Source of the DNA: an uncultured virus (IMG/VR IMGVR_UViG_3300042445_002545)
Lineage: Duplodnaviria > Heunggongvirae > Uroviricota > Caudoviricetes
IMG/VR virus record: IMGVR_UViG_3300042445_002545
Length of the DNA stretch: 64,000 bases
Reading direction: 5' to 3' (one strand)
Below, piece after piece: positions 13,301 to 23,046 of this stretch; positions within the stretch are counted from its first letter, which is position 1; each line of letters begins with the position of its first letter. Below the pieces are notes generated by a model, which saw only the letters and a list, made by a program, of their open reading frames with translations, did not search any database and had not been told where the DNA came from. Both the position numbers and the translations under genes were made by a program.

Positions 13301-13522
13301 TTATATGCAATGCTCCGACCGCACATAACCATTATCACATTTACATTGAACTTGCACTTGCACAGGGTTAGGCACTCCGCAACATCCGTATTCTTTGTAG
13401 TTACCACAGCACTCCGCTTCGATTTCAATCGTGTAACCATTTCCACCACAAGCACTGCATATAACAGCACCTTGCAAAAATGCGGGGTCTTGTGGTTCAT
13501 TGATGTTTTGTTCTTCGCTCAT
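13301..13522 (-). CDS. Cassette-borne Cys-rich putative zinc-binding protein, copy 2
   Basis: Paralog of 485-706. Confidence 0.7.
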   Translation of the reverse strand: MSEEQNINEPQDPAFLQGAVICSACGGNGYTIEIEAECCGNYKEYGCCGVPNPVQVQVQCKCDNGYVRSEHCI

Positions 13523-13591
13523 AATTTTGTTGTTAAATTGAAAATTTGTTCTCCGTAATCCCGCACTTCTGCAAGCTGCCTTCCGTTATCT

Positions 13592-13873
13592 TCAATTGTC
13601 ACTTATACTCGGTTCGACCTCAATAAATAAACTATTAATAACTTCTTCGTCATAAAAGAATGACTGACTTTCTCCAATAATTTTAAAAGATACACCTTCA
13701 TAGTCAGCTGAATTAATTTCAATTAACATTTGTTGACCATTAATAAGAGAAAGTAATCCTTTAGTTCCTTTTTCTATTTCATCCCAATCGGAACTATCTA
13801 CTTCTTGAATAAACATTTTTTGAATTGAACCGTTACCCAATTCCATTTCTACTTCTAAAATTTCATTTTCCAT
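13592..13873 (-). CDS. Cassette-borne acidic hypothetical protein
   Basis: ORF fills cassette B. Confidence 0.7.
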   Translation of the reverse strand: MENEILEVEMELGNGSIQKMFIQEVDSSDWDEIEKGTKGLLSLINGQQMLIEINSADYEGVSFKIIGESQSFFYDEEVINSLFIEVEPSISDN

Positions 13874-13998
13874 TTTTATACTATTTATTAAATTATACTT
13901 AAAAACAACTAAAGATAACAGTGGTTACAATCAAACGGCTGAATCAACCATTATGCTCAAGCCGTCTGCTCGTAGCCACAAAACGTTATAAGAAATAG

Positions 13999-14193
13999 CT
14001 ACGATTCTTTTTCATAAGCAACTATTTCCTCTAAAAAAATGCAATCCGTAGGGTATTCATCAATATTGTAAGATTGACCTACTAATTTACAACTTACACA
14101 ATTTGCCCCCATATCAAAAGACCATTCAATATATTCAGGGCAATTTTTACTTTTACAAAATTCGTTAAAGCATTTTTTTTCATTCGTTTCCAT
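13999..14193 (-). CDS. Cassette-borne Cys-rich hypothetical protein
   Basis: ORF fills cassette C. Confidence 0.65.
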   Translation of the reverse strand: METNEKKCFNEFCKSKNCPEYIEWSFDMGANCVSCKLVGQSYNIDEYPTDCIFLEEIVAYEKES

Positions 14194-14358
14194 AATTACG
14201 TTTGTTTAATGAACCGCTACTTCTTATAACAAGTGTTTGGCAAAAAAGCGGTTTTGGTTATTAATTTAAAGTTTGTTTTTTATTATCGTGTTCTTGGCTT
14301 CGGGAAAACGATAGTTTTTATTTATCCGCTTCTTCGCCAAGCACTCGAACGTTATGCG

Positions 14359-14643
14359 TCATTGCAATCCATCCCACAATGCCAGTGCCGACATCGTTGC
14401 AAATAATAATTGTCGTGGATACCATAAATACCATCTGCAATTAACCATCTTTATTCCGCAAGGCACTGTCAACCACAACGCCATCACACACCCATACACA
14501 ATACTACTGCACCAAGCACCTGTTATTATCTGTAATAACAATATCGGAAGTGCAGCGTATTTTCGCCAAGCCACAACCACGCTATGCAACGAACGCATAA
14601 CACGGGTTTGGCAAAATGGCTGTTCGGTAATTCTATCAATCAT
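14359..14643 (-). CDS. Cassette-borne membrane protein
   Basis: Hydrophobic ORF starting inside the attC-like site of cassette D. Confidence 0.55.
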   Translation of the reverse strand: MIDRITEQPFCQTRVMRSLHSVVVAWRKYAALPILLLQIITGAWCSSIVYGCVMALWLTVPCGIKMVNCRWYLWYPRQLLFATMSALALWDGLQ

Positions 14644-14737
14644 TTGTTTTTAATTTTAAGTTCAGTAATTCTATCAAACATTCGGTTCAGCCACTTCGCC
14701 AAGCCCGATAACGTTAGGTTCAATTAAAAACATACAA

Positions 14738-14923
14738 TCATCTCCAATTAAGTGTTTTTAATAAGTCTTTACCATCTATAATATAGAATAATTTTTTATA
14801 GGTCTCAAGTAAATCCATACTAAAAGAACCACACAAACCATATTCGGTTTTATAACCTATCATTGTTCCATTGAAGGAACTACTCCTTTCCTCTCTTATC
14901 CAAAGAATATTTATATTTTCCAT
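14738..14923 (-). CDS. Cassette-borne hypothetical protein
   Basis: ORF fills cassette E. Confidence 0.65.
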   Translation of the reverse strand: MENINILWIREERSSSFNGTMIGYKTEYGLCGSFSMDLLETYKKLFYIIDGKDLLKTLNWR

Positions 14924-15008
14924 TAATATTTTAAATTTATTTCTAAATGTTTTTAACTAAACCTAACAAATGATAAACAACATTAAAACGATTGTTTATC
15001 ATCAGACG

Positions 15009-15257
15009 TTAGCAAACATTAAAGAAAGCCTTTGCATTATCAACACTACCGTTTTTAACATAATTTGGATACACAACATCGTTAAAATGTTTTAACTGTT
15101 CTTTGTACCAATTGCCACTTTCTCTATTTAACACAGACATTGCAGTAGTTCCGTCAAAATCTTCATTGTCTGTGTATCTCATTTTTTCATCAAGATGTTC
15201 ATCAGCATAACAAGTAGCTATCCACCTTGCAAATAAAAACATTTTAACTTCATCCAT
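15009..15257 (-). CDS. Cassette-borne hypothetical protein
   Basis: ORF fills cassette F; its stop codon is the TAA of the crossover GTTA. Confidence 0.7.
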   Translation of the reverse strand: MDEVKMFLFARWIATCYADEHLDEKMRYTDNEDFDGTTAMSVLNRESGNWYKEQLKHFNDVVYPNYVKNGSVDNAKAFFNVC

Positions 15258-15520
15258 AATAATAAACGTTTGCTAACAAGGTATATACGCAATACCCTAT
15301 TAAGGTTTGTACTAAATTTAAAATTTCTCCATCGGGTACTGCGTATATACCCAATCGTTATGTAACATTAAAACGCTTACATAACATCAAGTATAAGAAA
15401 TTGGGGGTTATGAGTCTATTGAGAACTTCGGCTTCTATAACTGACCCGATTCGATGAACCCACGCCAACTTTTTCAAGTCCCCAACTTTTTATACTTGCG
15501 ATACGTTAGGTCCAATTAAA

Positions 15521-15718
15521 TTATTGTTTTGAGTTTATTTCTTTAATAAAGAGTTCGTAAGCCTCTTCTTGTACCTTATTACTCATACTCCAAAAATCAT
15601 CTAAAACTTGTTGATTGCTCACCCACTTAGCAAATTCTATTGCGAGTGATTTTGGATTTATATATATTTCTACATCGCCCTTTGCTGATATACCTGGTGA
15701 TTCAAATTTATTTTCCAT
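15521..15718 (-). CDS. Cassette-borne hypothetical protein
   Basis: ORF fills cassette H. Confidence 0.65.
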   Translation of the reverse strand: MENKFESPGISAKGDVEIYINPKSLAIEFAKWVSNQQVLDDFWSMSNKVQEEAYELFIKEINSKQ

Positions 15719-15813
15719 ATTTTCTATTTTTTTAATCGGTAAAACAATAATTTAACTAAACCTAACAAATGATAAACAACATTAAAACGATTGTTTATCA
15801 TCGGACGTTATGC

Positions 15814-16026
15814 TCAAGTGCTTTCAATTTCTATAACCTTTAACTCGTAGCGTTTTCCACCTAAAGAAAACTGAAACCGCTCGTCTGTCTTTAATAAGTT
15901 TTCAGCAACACTAGCAACAGCATCTTCAGTTACATCATGCTTTTCTCCAATCCACATTCCTTTTTTAACTTTACCTACGTAAATTCTACTCGTTAAAGGT
16001 GAGCAACCTATTTTAAAATCTGACAT
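15814..16026 (-). CDS. Cassette-borne small phage protein
   Basis: ORF fills cassette I (GCSPLTSRIYVGK..K.DVT). Confidence 0.7.
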   Translation of the reverse strand: MSDFKIGCSPLTSRIYVGKVKKGMWIGEKHDVTEDAVASVAENLLKTDERFQFSLGGKRYELKVIEIEST

Positions 16027-16130
16027 TTCTGTTAATTTATAAAGTTTATTTTTCTATCTCGCACCTAAGCATAACAGCATCTTAGCGCAACTTTCAGTAT
16101 GCGCTAAGTTGCCTACCGTTATAAACCATA

Positions 16131-16337
16131 TTAAAAGATGAACCATCCAAAGAACTTTTCTAAATATGGAAGTATTCCTAACCACATTATTAGCTTAAAT
16201 AACCCTATACCAATCCATTTACCAACATTCGCTGATACTACCACAATCAATAAACCAAAGAAAATACGGCTTATAACAGCACCTATATTCAATTGCGGTT
16301 TTTGTGGTTCATTCAAGTTTTCATTTTCTAATTTCAT
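16131..16337 (-). CDS. Cassette-borne membrane protein
   Basis: Hydrophobic ORF starting inside the attC-like site of cassette J. Confidence 0.6.
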   Translation of the reverse strand: MKLENENLNEPQKPQLNIGAVISRIFFGLLIVVVSANVGKWIGIGLFKLIMWLGILPYLEKFFGWFIF

Positions 16338-16509
16338 TTTATCTTAATTTAAAGTTTTCGTTTTCAAAGTTCGCAACTAAATATAGCTGCAAAACGTTAT
16401 AAGTAATAAAATAAAAATTATGAGTTTTTTATTTGTTCACCTCTGTCTTTTATAACCAAATCAAATTTACGTTCAACACCATGGTTTGTTTTTTCCATAA
16501 TTTTATTTT

Positions 16510-17043
16510 TTAATCCCACCATCTATTGATTTTTTTGGACATGATTCTAAATACTAAATCCTTAGCTTTTTCTTGTCTTAAGTCACCCATAATCATAGCA
16601 ACTAATTTTTTATCATTATGGTCAGTAGTAAATCTTTTTTGATTTTCTTTAATAAAGATAATTGCTCGTTTATGCCACGTTGGAAACTTTCTAAAATACG
16701 AATCAAAATCTTCACTGATAGTATTAATATTTATTTCACTATAACCTGGTTTATCTTCAATATCTGTAAATATCATTTCACTTTCATGGTAATCAGTATA
16801 TTCTGAATCGTAATAAGAGTCTTTAACTTTATTAATTAAATCAGCACAAATTAACATATCTTTAGCATCTTCTTGTGCCCTGGTATGTCTATCCTTACTA
16901 CCGATATAATTAGATTGTCTCCTTAATTTAAATTCAATAATCTGATATATAAACCAAGAGTCCCAATCCCTATCTTTCCAAATTATAGGTAACCAAGCCC
17001 ATAGATTACTAATTCCTATTTTTAAGGTTCTAAATATTCTCAT
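16510..17043 (-). CDS. Hypothetical phage protein
   Basis: 177-aa ORF with WLPIIWKDRDWD and C-terminal WWD. Confidence 0.7.
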   Translation of the reverse strand: MRIFRTLKIGISNLWAWLPIIWKDRDWDSWFIYQIIEFKLRRQSNYIGSKDRHTRAQEDAKDMLICADLINKVKDSYYDSEYTDYHESEMIFTDIEDKPGYSEININTISEDFDSYFRKFPTWHKRAIIFIKENQKRFTTDHNDKKLVAMIMGDLRQEKAKDLVFRIMSKKINRWWD

Positions 17044-17823
17044 TTAATTATTATTTCTATGGTAATCTTTTATTTTATCAAGTAATGCTTGATTGAAATT
17101 TGTAAACCATTTTGGGTTACACTCTTTTGGTGTTATATGTGCTAATTCACCAGATTTATAAGTGGAACGAATACCACCTTTATAGTATCTAATAGAACCA
17201 TCAGCTTCAATAATTTGAGTTGGTTCATCTTTGTGTTCAAAACCCATTACTGAATCGAAAACTAAAAAACTGCTTCTTGACATTTTTACTTAATTTTAAA
17301 TTTAATATTATCGAATCCTGAGAATCCGTTTAACTTATCATGTGTTGTTGACATAAACATACCAATTAGTTGAGATATGGCAACGCAAAGCATCTCATTG
17401 GTGTATTCGGTTGGTGGGTATATTAAAACCTCGTTAGATAGGTCCGTAGTGTATTCAAATGTAAAACCATTGAATTCATCAAGTACCCTTTGTTTTCTTT
17501 CAACCTCTGTTAAATATTTCATAATACAAATATACTAATAAATTATTAGTTAACCAAATTTTATTGAAACATTTTCTTCAATTCAGCTAAATCAGCATCT
17601 CTACCTTGTACATTACCGTAGTAAAGATATGATGAACAGTCTTCATCAAACTCAATAGAGTTACCACTGATTCTACCTTTAGTTGGTTCCCAACCTTTCG
17701 CTACCAATTTGCTAGCTTCTTTTCTCAATTCTAAATTTACAAACGTATACATAACTAATTGTTTTATTGTTTATACAAATATAATGATTATTTTTCAATT
17801 AACCAAATTTAATAAGAATATTT

Positions 17824-18513
17824 TTAATCTCGACCAATATATTCATCATCGTTAGGTTGTTGGTAATTGTAATTACCTCTACCATGTTCATGTTTTTCAA
17901 TCTCGTCATCTAAATCCATCATTTCTTCTTGATTCGGGTCCTCAACACTTTCTACGTCATCCATCACACCATCACCAGGTTTTGGAATATATTGTGTTGT
18001 TATCGCTGGACTCAATGATTTACCTATTGGTATCAATATTTTATTTGATAAAAATAAAATAAAAGCAAATGCGGCTAATCTAATAATACCATGTTGTATT
18101 TCATTGAACAATCTATTACCAAAAAACATTAGGAGAATATTCAATATAACTAACGCTGTATTAATATAACATAATTTATCAACAAACTCAGCACCAAACA
18201 TTTTATAAAAGAATAACCAACCAACAAATCCGAAGTGGTAATCAATCATAAAATATACATAACCAGCAATTGCGAATATGTTAACTCTAACTCGGTCCAA
18301 TTGCATTTGTTCCCAATTACCAAATAAAAGTAAAAATGCATATACAAATAGCATTATTATTGGGAATATAGATGCTAGCACACCCAATAATAATATCATA
18401 ACAATCAAGGTGCCACCCTTTACCATTATTAAATCACTAAACGTTAATTTGTTTACCCCTATAGTACCACCGAATCCGAATACTTGGTAAAATTTGATTC
18501 CATCATTTTCCAT
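17824..18513 (-). CDS. Multi-pass membrane protein with acidic tail
   Basis: Several hydrophobic segments; own promoter at 18533-18564. Confidence 0.7.
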   Translation of the reverse strand: MENDGIKFYQVFGFGGTIGVNKLTFSDLIMVKGGTLIVMILLLGVLASIFPIIMLFVYAFLLLFGNWEQMQLDRVRVNIFAIAGYVYFMIDYHFGFVGWLFFYKMFGAEFVDKLCYINTALVILNILLMFFGNRLFNEIQHGIIRLAAFAFILFLSNKILIPIGKSLSPAITTQYIPKPGDGVMDDVESVEDPNQEEMMDLDDEIEKHEHGRGNYNYQQPNDDEYIGRD

Positions 18514-18607
18514 ATCTCTTATTTTTATAAAACAAAGATAGGGTAAATAAATAACATTTCCAAATATTATGACAAAAAAAAATCCACTTTCGTGGATTTA
18601 TTAATTT

Positions 18608-19183
18608 TTAACCTACTTTACCCCCGCCAGGATATTTAGATAATACTGTTCTAACTCTATCTACTTCATCTTTTGTGAATCGATAAGTACCACCTTCTTC
18701 ATTTTGTTCTTGATTTAATTTTTTGTATGGTAATCTAGTGTAAATTTCTTTTTCACTGAATCCAGCTTCTCTGAATATACCAACTTGTTTGATTGAATCG
18801 TGTTTTTTAAAGAAGTTTATAATATCATCATATTCAACTTTAGTTTCACCATCACCTTCTTTATCATCGTTGGTATCATCACGTTTGATTTTAGGTTCTT
18901 CTTTATTATCTTCGAATAAACCATTCAATGATTCTCTTAACATTTTTTTAATATCAGACTCACCCAGATTTTTAAGGGCCTTTTCTTTTGTTACCCAACC
19001 ATGACCCTCTTTTTCATCAAGAATGTATTTTAATACATCTATTATTTCTTCTTTACTTGAAATTGAATCTCTAATAACTGACTTTAAATCGTTATATAAT
19101 TTATTATTTTGAATATCTTCTTTAATAATTTTTTGTGCCGATTTATCCAAGTCTTGTTTATTAAGTTTGATTATGTTTTTCAT
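18608..19183 (-). CDS. Hypothetical protein
   Basis: 191-aa ORF with TATTTATT motif upstream and terminator 18574-18599 downstream. Confidence 0.65.
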   Translation of the reverse strand: MKNIIKLNKQDLDKSAQKIIKEDIQNNKLYNDLKSVIRDSISSKEEIIDVLKYILDEKEGHGWVTKEKALKNLGESDIKKMLRESLNGLFEDNKEEPKIKRDDTNDDKEGDGETKVEYDDIINFFKKHDSIKQVGIFREAGFSEKEIYTRLPYKKLNQEQNEEGGTYRFTKDEVDRVRTVLSKYPGGGKVG

Positions 19184-19261
19184 AATTAGTGTATTATTTT
19201 ATTAATAAATATCTATAAGTTACTAAAAACACAAATAAAAAAACCCCATAAGGGGTTTTAA

Positions 19262-20149
19262 TTAATTCTGAAATAATTCCATTTTGATGCCTCTTCGATT
19301 CATATTTATTTTCATGATTTTTAAAGCTTTCTTTCTAACTTGTCTTACACCTTCTCGACTCATGTCAACTTTATGACCAATTTCAACTAAACTTAATGGT
19401 TCATAACCATTTAATCCATAAGTTAGTGTTATAATTTCTTTTTGTCTACAATCAAGAGTTGTCATGATTGAATCTAATACTGATTGTAAATCATTATTGT
19501 TAACTAAATGGTCAGCACTTAATGAATTACCGTTTTCAAGTACATCAATCATTGAACCACTATCCGAATCACTAGTGAATGGTGTGTCTAATGACATAAC
19601 TGACATAGTATCTAAACTTAATAACATATTAATGTTATCAAAATTCAAATCAGAACCTTCAAGTCCAACCAAATCTTGAGCAGCTGTTGGTCTTTGGTTG
19701 ATTTGTTCTAGACCAGACATTTCTCTCTTAAGTTTATTCAACTCAGTAATTCTATTTATTGGAATTCTAACAGTTCTAGAATACTTGTTCATGTAATCTG
19801 TCACATTTTTTCTTATATACCAAACAGCATAAGATATGAATTTGAAACCACGACTTGGGTCGAACTTTTGAGCAGCTTCAATTAAGCCATAGTTGCCCTC
19901 ATTAACCAATTCTTCAAGTGGTGATTTAGCATTGGTATATTGTTTAGCCACACTAATTACAAACTTTAAATTTCTCTCAATCAATTCATTTAAAGCATCA
20001 CTATCCCCATTGAAAGCTTTAATCGCACATTGATATTCTTCATCTGCGGTTTCAAATGATTTGATTGCTCTAACATCCATTAAGTATTGAGCGAATGCTT
20101 TTGATGATGTTCTGTCTGTAATTTTTTGGCTAATTTTTAATTGTCTCAT
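19262..20149 (-). CDS. RNA polymerase sigma-70 factor, RpoD/SigA-like (Bacteroidota type, no region 1.1)
   Basis: MRQLKI..IT start, NLKFVISVAKQY, EGNYGLIEAAQKFDPSRGFKFISYAVWYIR, region 4 SREGVRQ. Confidence 0.92.
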   Translation of the reverse strand: MRQLKISQKITDRTSSKAFAQYLMDVRAIKSFETADEEYQCAIKAFNGDSDALNELIERNLKFVISVAKQYTNAKSPLEELVNEGNYGLIEAAQKFDPSRGFKFISYAVWYIRKNVTDYMNKYSRTVRIPINRITELNKLKREMSGLEQINQRPTAAQDLVGLEGSDLNFDNINMLLSLDTMSVMSLDTPFTSDSDSGSMIDVLENGNSLSADHLVNNNDLQSVLDSIMTTLDCRQKEIITLTYGLNGYEPLSLVEIGHKVDMSREGVRQVRKKALKIMKINMNRRGIKMELFQN

Positions 20150-20158
20150 ATATTTATT

Positions 20159-20599
20159 TTAAATTTTTACGTTAAGTTCTCGTTCTAAATCACGTTTTTT
20201 AATTGTATCACGTTTATCGTGAAGCTTTTTACCTCTACATAGTGCTATTTCAATTTTTATTAAACCTTTGTCGGTAATAATAACACTAATTGGTACTATT
20301 GTCAACCCTTTTTGCTCTACATTTTCATTTAATTTTATTATTTCTTTTTTGTTCAACAATAATTTCCTTAACCTGGTTGGTTCATGATTCGTATGAATAC
20401 CACTTTGTTTATATTCAGATATATTCATACCTTTAATAAACAGTTCGTCATTTTTAATATAACAATAACCCTCAGATATTGACACCTTATGATTACGTAT
20501 TGATTTTACTTCACTACCAATTAGTTTGATACCAGCTGTTAGTTTATAAATAAACTCATATTCAAATGAAGCTTTTTTATTTCGTGTTATAACTTCCAT
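20159..20599 (-). CDS. smpB: SsrA-binding protein SmpB
   Basis: NKKASFEY, AGIKLIGSEVKSIR, RKLLLNKKEI, GKKLHDKR; start moved to ATG 20599, downstream of promoter 20612-20643. Confidence 0.95.
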   Translation of the reverse strand: MEVITRNKKASFEYEFIYKLTAGIKLIGSEVKSIRNHKVSISEGYCYIKNDELFIKGMNISEYKQSGIHTNHEPTRLRKLLLNKKEIIKLNENVEQKGLTIVPISVIITDKGLIKIEIALCRGKKLHDKRDTIKKRDLERELNVKI

Positions 20600-21553
20600 A
20601 ATTAATTTTGACAAAGGTAAGGATAATAAAGACATTATCCAAATATTTTTAATGTTTTTTTTATTTAAAATGTAATGTGGATGTTTCGGTAATCCTAATC
20701 ATCTCATTTTCATACCAATCAATGATAATTCTTTCGATGAATTCGTTTTCATATTTTTGTTTAAAACATGTGATTATATCACATTCATTTACTATTTTAC
20801 CATTCAATTTTGAAATTACCCAAGATGTTGGACCTAATGTTACTTTATATTTGTATTTTATATAATCCAAAATATCAGATTTAGCCTCTATCTGTTTATT
20901 TTTAAACCAGCTTAATAAGTAATTATTTAATGATTCACCATCTAATATGTCAATACTAATAGATTTTTTAACTTTATCACAAAAAGAATTAAAATTAATA
21001 CTATGGTTATCATGTTGATATTTATATCTCATAGTTAAACCATTAAATAGGTAATGTTTATTAACATACCATAAAACAAATTCAGATTCGGTCATAAACC
21101 TTTAAGTATGTTATTAATTTCTATACAAGTTTCGTAATCTTCAATGCGTTCAAAATAAGCAATTGAAAAGTTTAAGTGTGATGACCAATCTGATTTTTCA
21201 ACGTTTATAGTAATGACATCATCATTAACCATTAGGTTGGCAACATTGGCTATTTTTTCATTATTTTTTATTGAGTTTTTAATTTCATTTAGAGTTTCAG
21301 TAAATAATAAATCCTTTTCATTTTGAATGAAATTAATAATTTCTCTATAACTTTCAAATTCAAGATTTATAGCCACTAATTTAAATTAAAATCAACCCCG
21401 TTATCATCACCATCATCATTTGATATGTAAACCCCTTCAATTTCATCACCAAATTCATCTAATACACTAACATCTATCTTACCATCACCATAATACGTGA
21501 TGTGTACGATGTATTCGCCAAAATCAAATTCTTTGGTAATAGGTTTGTTCATA

Positions 21554-21937
21554 TTAATAAATATCTAGCACACTCATGTTAATTTCTTTTTTTTCTAAAT
21601 CTACTGTCTTAATAATAATTTTTATTTCATCACCTAATCTCATTTTTCTACCAGTTATTTCTTCAATAAAACAATGGTTTTTAACATCAGGTGTCCAAGT
21701 TCTATAACCTATATCTGATGATTTAACTAACCCCTCACAACCATTTTCTGGTATTTCAACGAATATACCATAGTCTTGAACTGAAGTTATTACACCAGTA
21801 TATATTTTACCTAATTTATCCATCAAGTATTGACATTGCTTATACTTAATGCTATCTCTACTAGCTTTTTGTGCTACCCTTTCTCTTTGAGAAAGATGTG
21901 CTGCCATTTTTTCTAATTCATCAGATTTATACTTCAT
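21554..21937 (-). CDS. rnr: RNase R C-terminal part (last RNB helix plus S1 domain)
   Basis: SQRERVAQKASRDSIKYKQ, GVITSVQDYGIFVEI, CEGLV, LGDEIKI. Confidence 0.85.
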   Translation of the reverse strand: MKYKSDELEKMAAHLSQRERVAQKASRDSIKYKQCQYLMDKLGKIYTGVITSVQDYGIFVEIPENGCEGLVKSSDIGYRTWTPDVKNHCFIEEITGRKMRLGDEIKIIIKTVDLEKKEINMSVLDIY

Positions 21938-22002
21938 TTTGCAAATATACTAATTTAAAATCAAATTATCAATATTTTTAATATAAAAAAAGATATTTAT
22001 AA

Positions 22003-23046
22003 ATGATGAGAATTATGACATTTGAGAATATCAATAGATTAAGTAGTATGTACTACTTAAATAAAGCAATTAATGAATCTAAATTGCTTGTCGAATCATA
22101 CCCAAATGTTAATTCTTTATTATTAGAAGCTGATGATGATTCAGCATCTTATGAATGGGATTTTGTTAATAATAAATTCTATGATAGAGTAAATAATATT
22201 GAAACTGATATTAAAAAATCAGCATCATATGTTAGAACAGCTGAACAAGGTATAGATTTCATTAAGACATTAGTTGCTAAAGTTGCTGAATTACCAGATA
22301 AATTAAAATCTCGTGTTGTTAAGGTAGCAATAGCATCAATGGCATTAACAATGGGTTATAATCAATTGGTTGATGTTGATAGCAAAGTAGATGCTTTACC
22401 TAAAAACAATGTAGTAACGATGGTTGGTGACCTATTAGATAATGCTATAACTAAAAAAGAAGTACCACAAAAAGCCGAAAAACCTGTAGTAAAAGAAAAG
22501 TTTTCAAATAAAATAATTGATTTATTAAAAACTCATGAAGGTATTGGTGGTAAACCAGTACTTACCGCTTATAATATTGGTGACGGTGCATATACAATTG
22601 GATACGGTCACGCTGTATTTAAGGATATTTCTAGAGGTGATAATAGTAGTAGTTATGATTTCTTAGTATCATACGATGAGTATGAAAAAATGAAACAAAG
22701 AGGTGAAAAGGTAACCATAACACCAGAACAAGCTGAACAATTATTAAAAGATGATGTTAAAATAGCGGCTGAAGGTTTAGATAGATTGTTGAATGAATGG
22801 AAAGCTGATGGTGTTAACCCTAAAATAACTCAACCTATGTATGATGCTATGGTTTCAATGATTTATAATATGGGTGTTACCACATTTAGAAAAAGTGAAT
22901 TTATTCAATTAGTAAAACGTGGTAAATTTAAACAAGCTGCTGAAGCAATTAAAAGCACCAGCAGCCAAATGTTTAGAAAATATCCAGGATTAATAGTTAG
23001 AAGAGGTGATGAGTCTCAAACATTCACAGGTAATTACCCAACGTAA
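22003..23046 (+). CDS. GH24 lysozyme-domain protein with long N-terminal extension
   Basis: HEG...AYNIGDGAYTIGYGH, YDAMVSMIYNMG, GLIVRR. Confidence 0.85.
   Translation: MMRIMTFENINRLSSMYYLNKAINESKLLVESYPNVNSLLLEADDDSASYEWDFVNNKFYDRVNNIETDIKKSASYVRTAEQGIDFIKTLVAKVAELPDKLKSRVVKVAIASMALTMGYNQLVDVDSKVDALPKNNVVTMVGDLLDNAITKKEVPQKAEKPVVKEKFSNKIIDLLKTHEGIGGKPVLTAYNIGDGAYTIGYGHAVFKDISRGDNSSSYDFLVSYDEYEKMKQRGEKVTITPEQAEQLLKDDVKIAAEGLDRLLNEWKADGVNPKITQPMYDAMVSMIYNMGVTTFRKSEFIQLVKRGKFKQAAEAIKSTSSQMFRKYPGLIVRRGDESQTFTGNYPT

Larger units (their letters stand above)
13300..16402 (+). mobile_element. Integron-like cassette array 2: 10 cassettes, 10 attC-like sites (13457-13592, 13912-13994, 14221-14359, 14593-14720, 14960-15017, 15268-15365, 15377-15511, 15760-15814, 16068-16124, 16271-16402)
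   Basis: Every cassette start GTT.. (G at 13300, 13585, 13985, 14351, 14713, 15008, 15357, 15505, 15807, 16118) is complementary to the ..AAC end of its own downstream palindrome. Confidence 0.85.

Noticed and set aside
484..13585. Diversity-generating retroelement template/variable repeat pair
   Set aside because: Differences are mostly synonymous and not adenine-specific; no reverse transcriptase in the window
13300..16402. CRISPR array or simple terminators as the explanation for the repeated palindromes
   Set aside because: Repeats differ in sequence and length, spacers are whole genes, there are no U-tails, and complementarity runs across each cassette
21938..23046. Self-splicing intron or intein interrupting rnr
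   Set aside because: The insert is almost entirely an antisense lysozyme ORF with no visible group I/II core, and the downstream half has its own promoter and ATG
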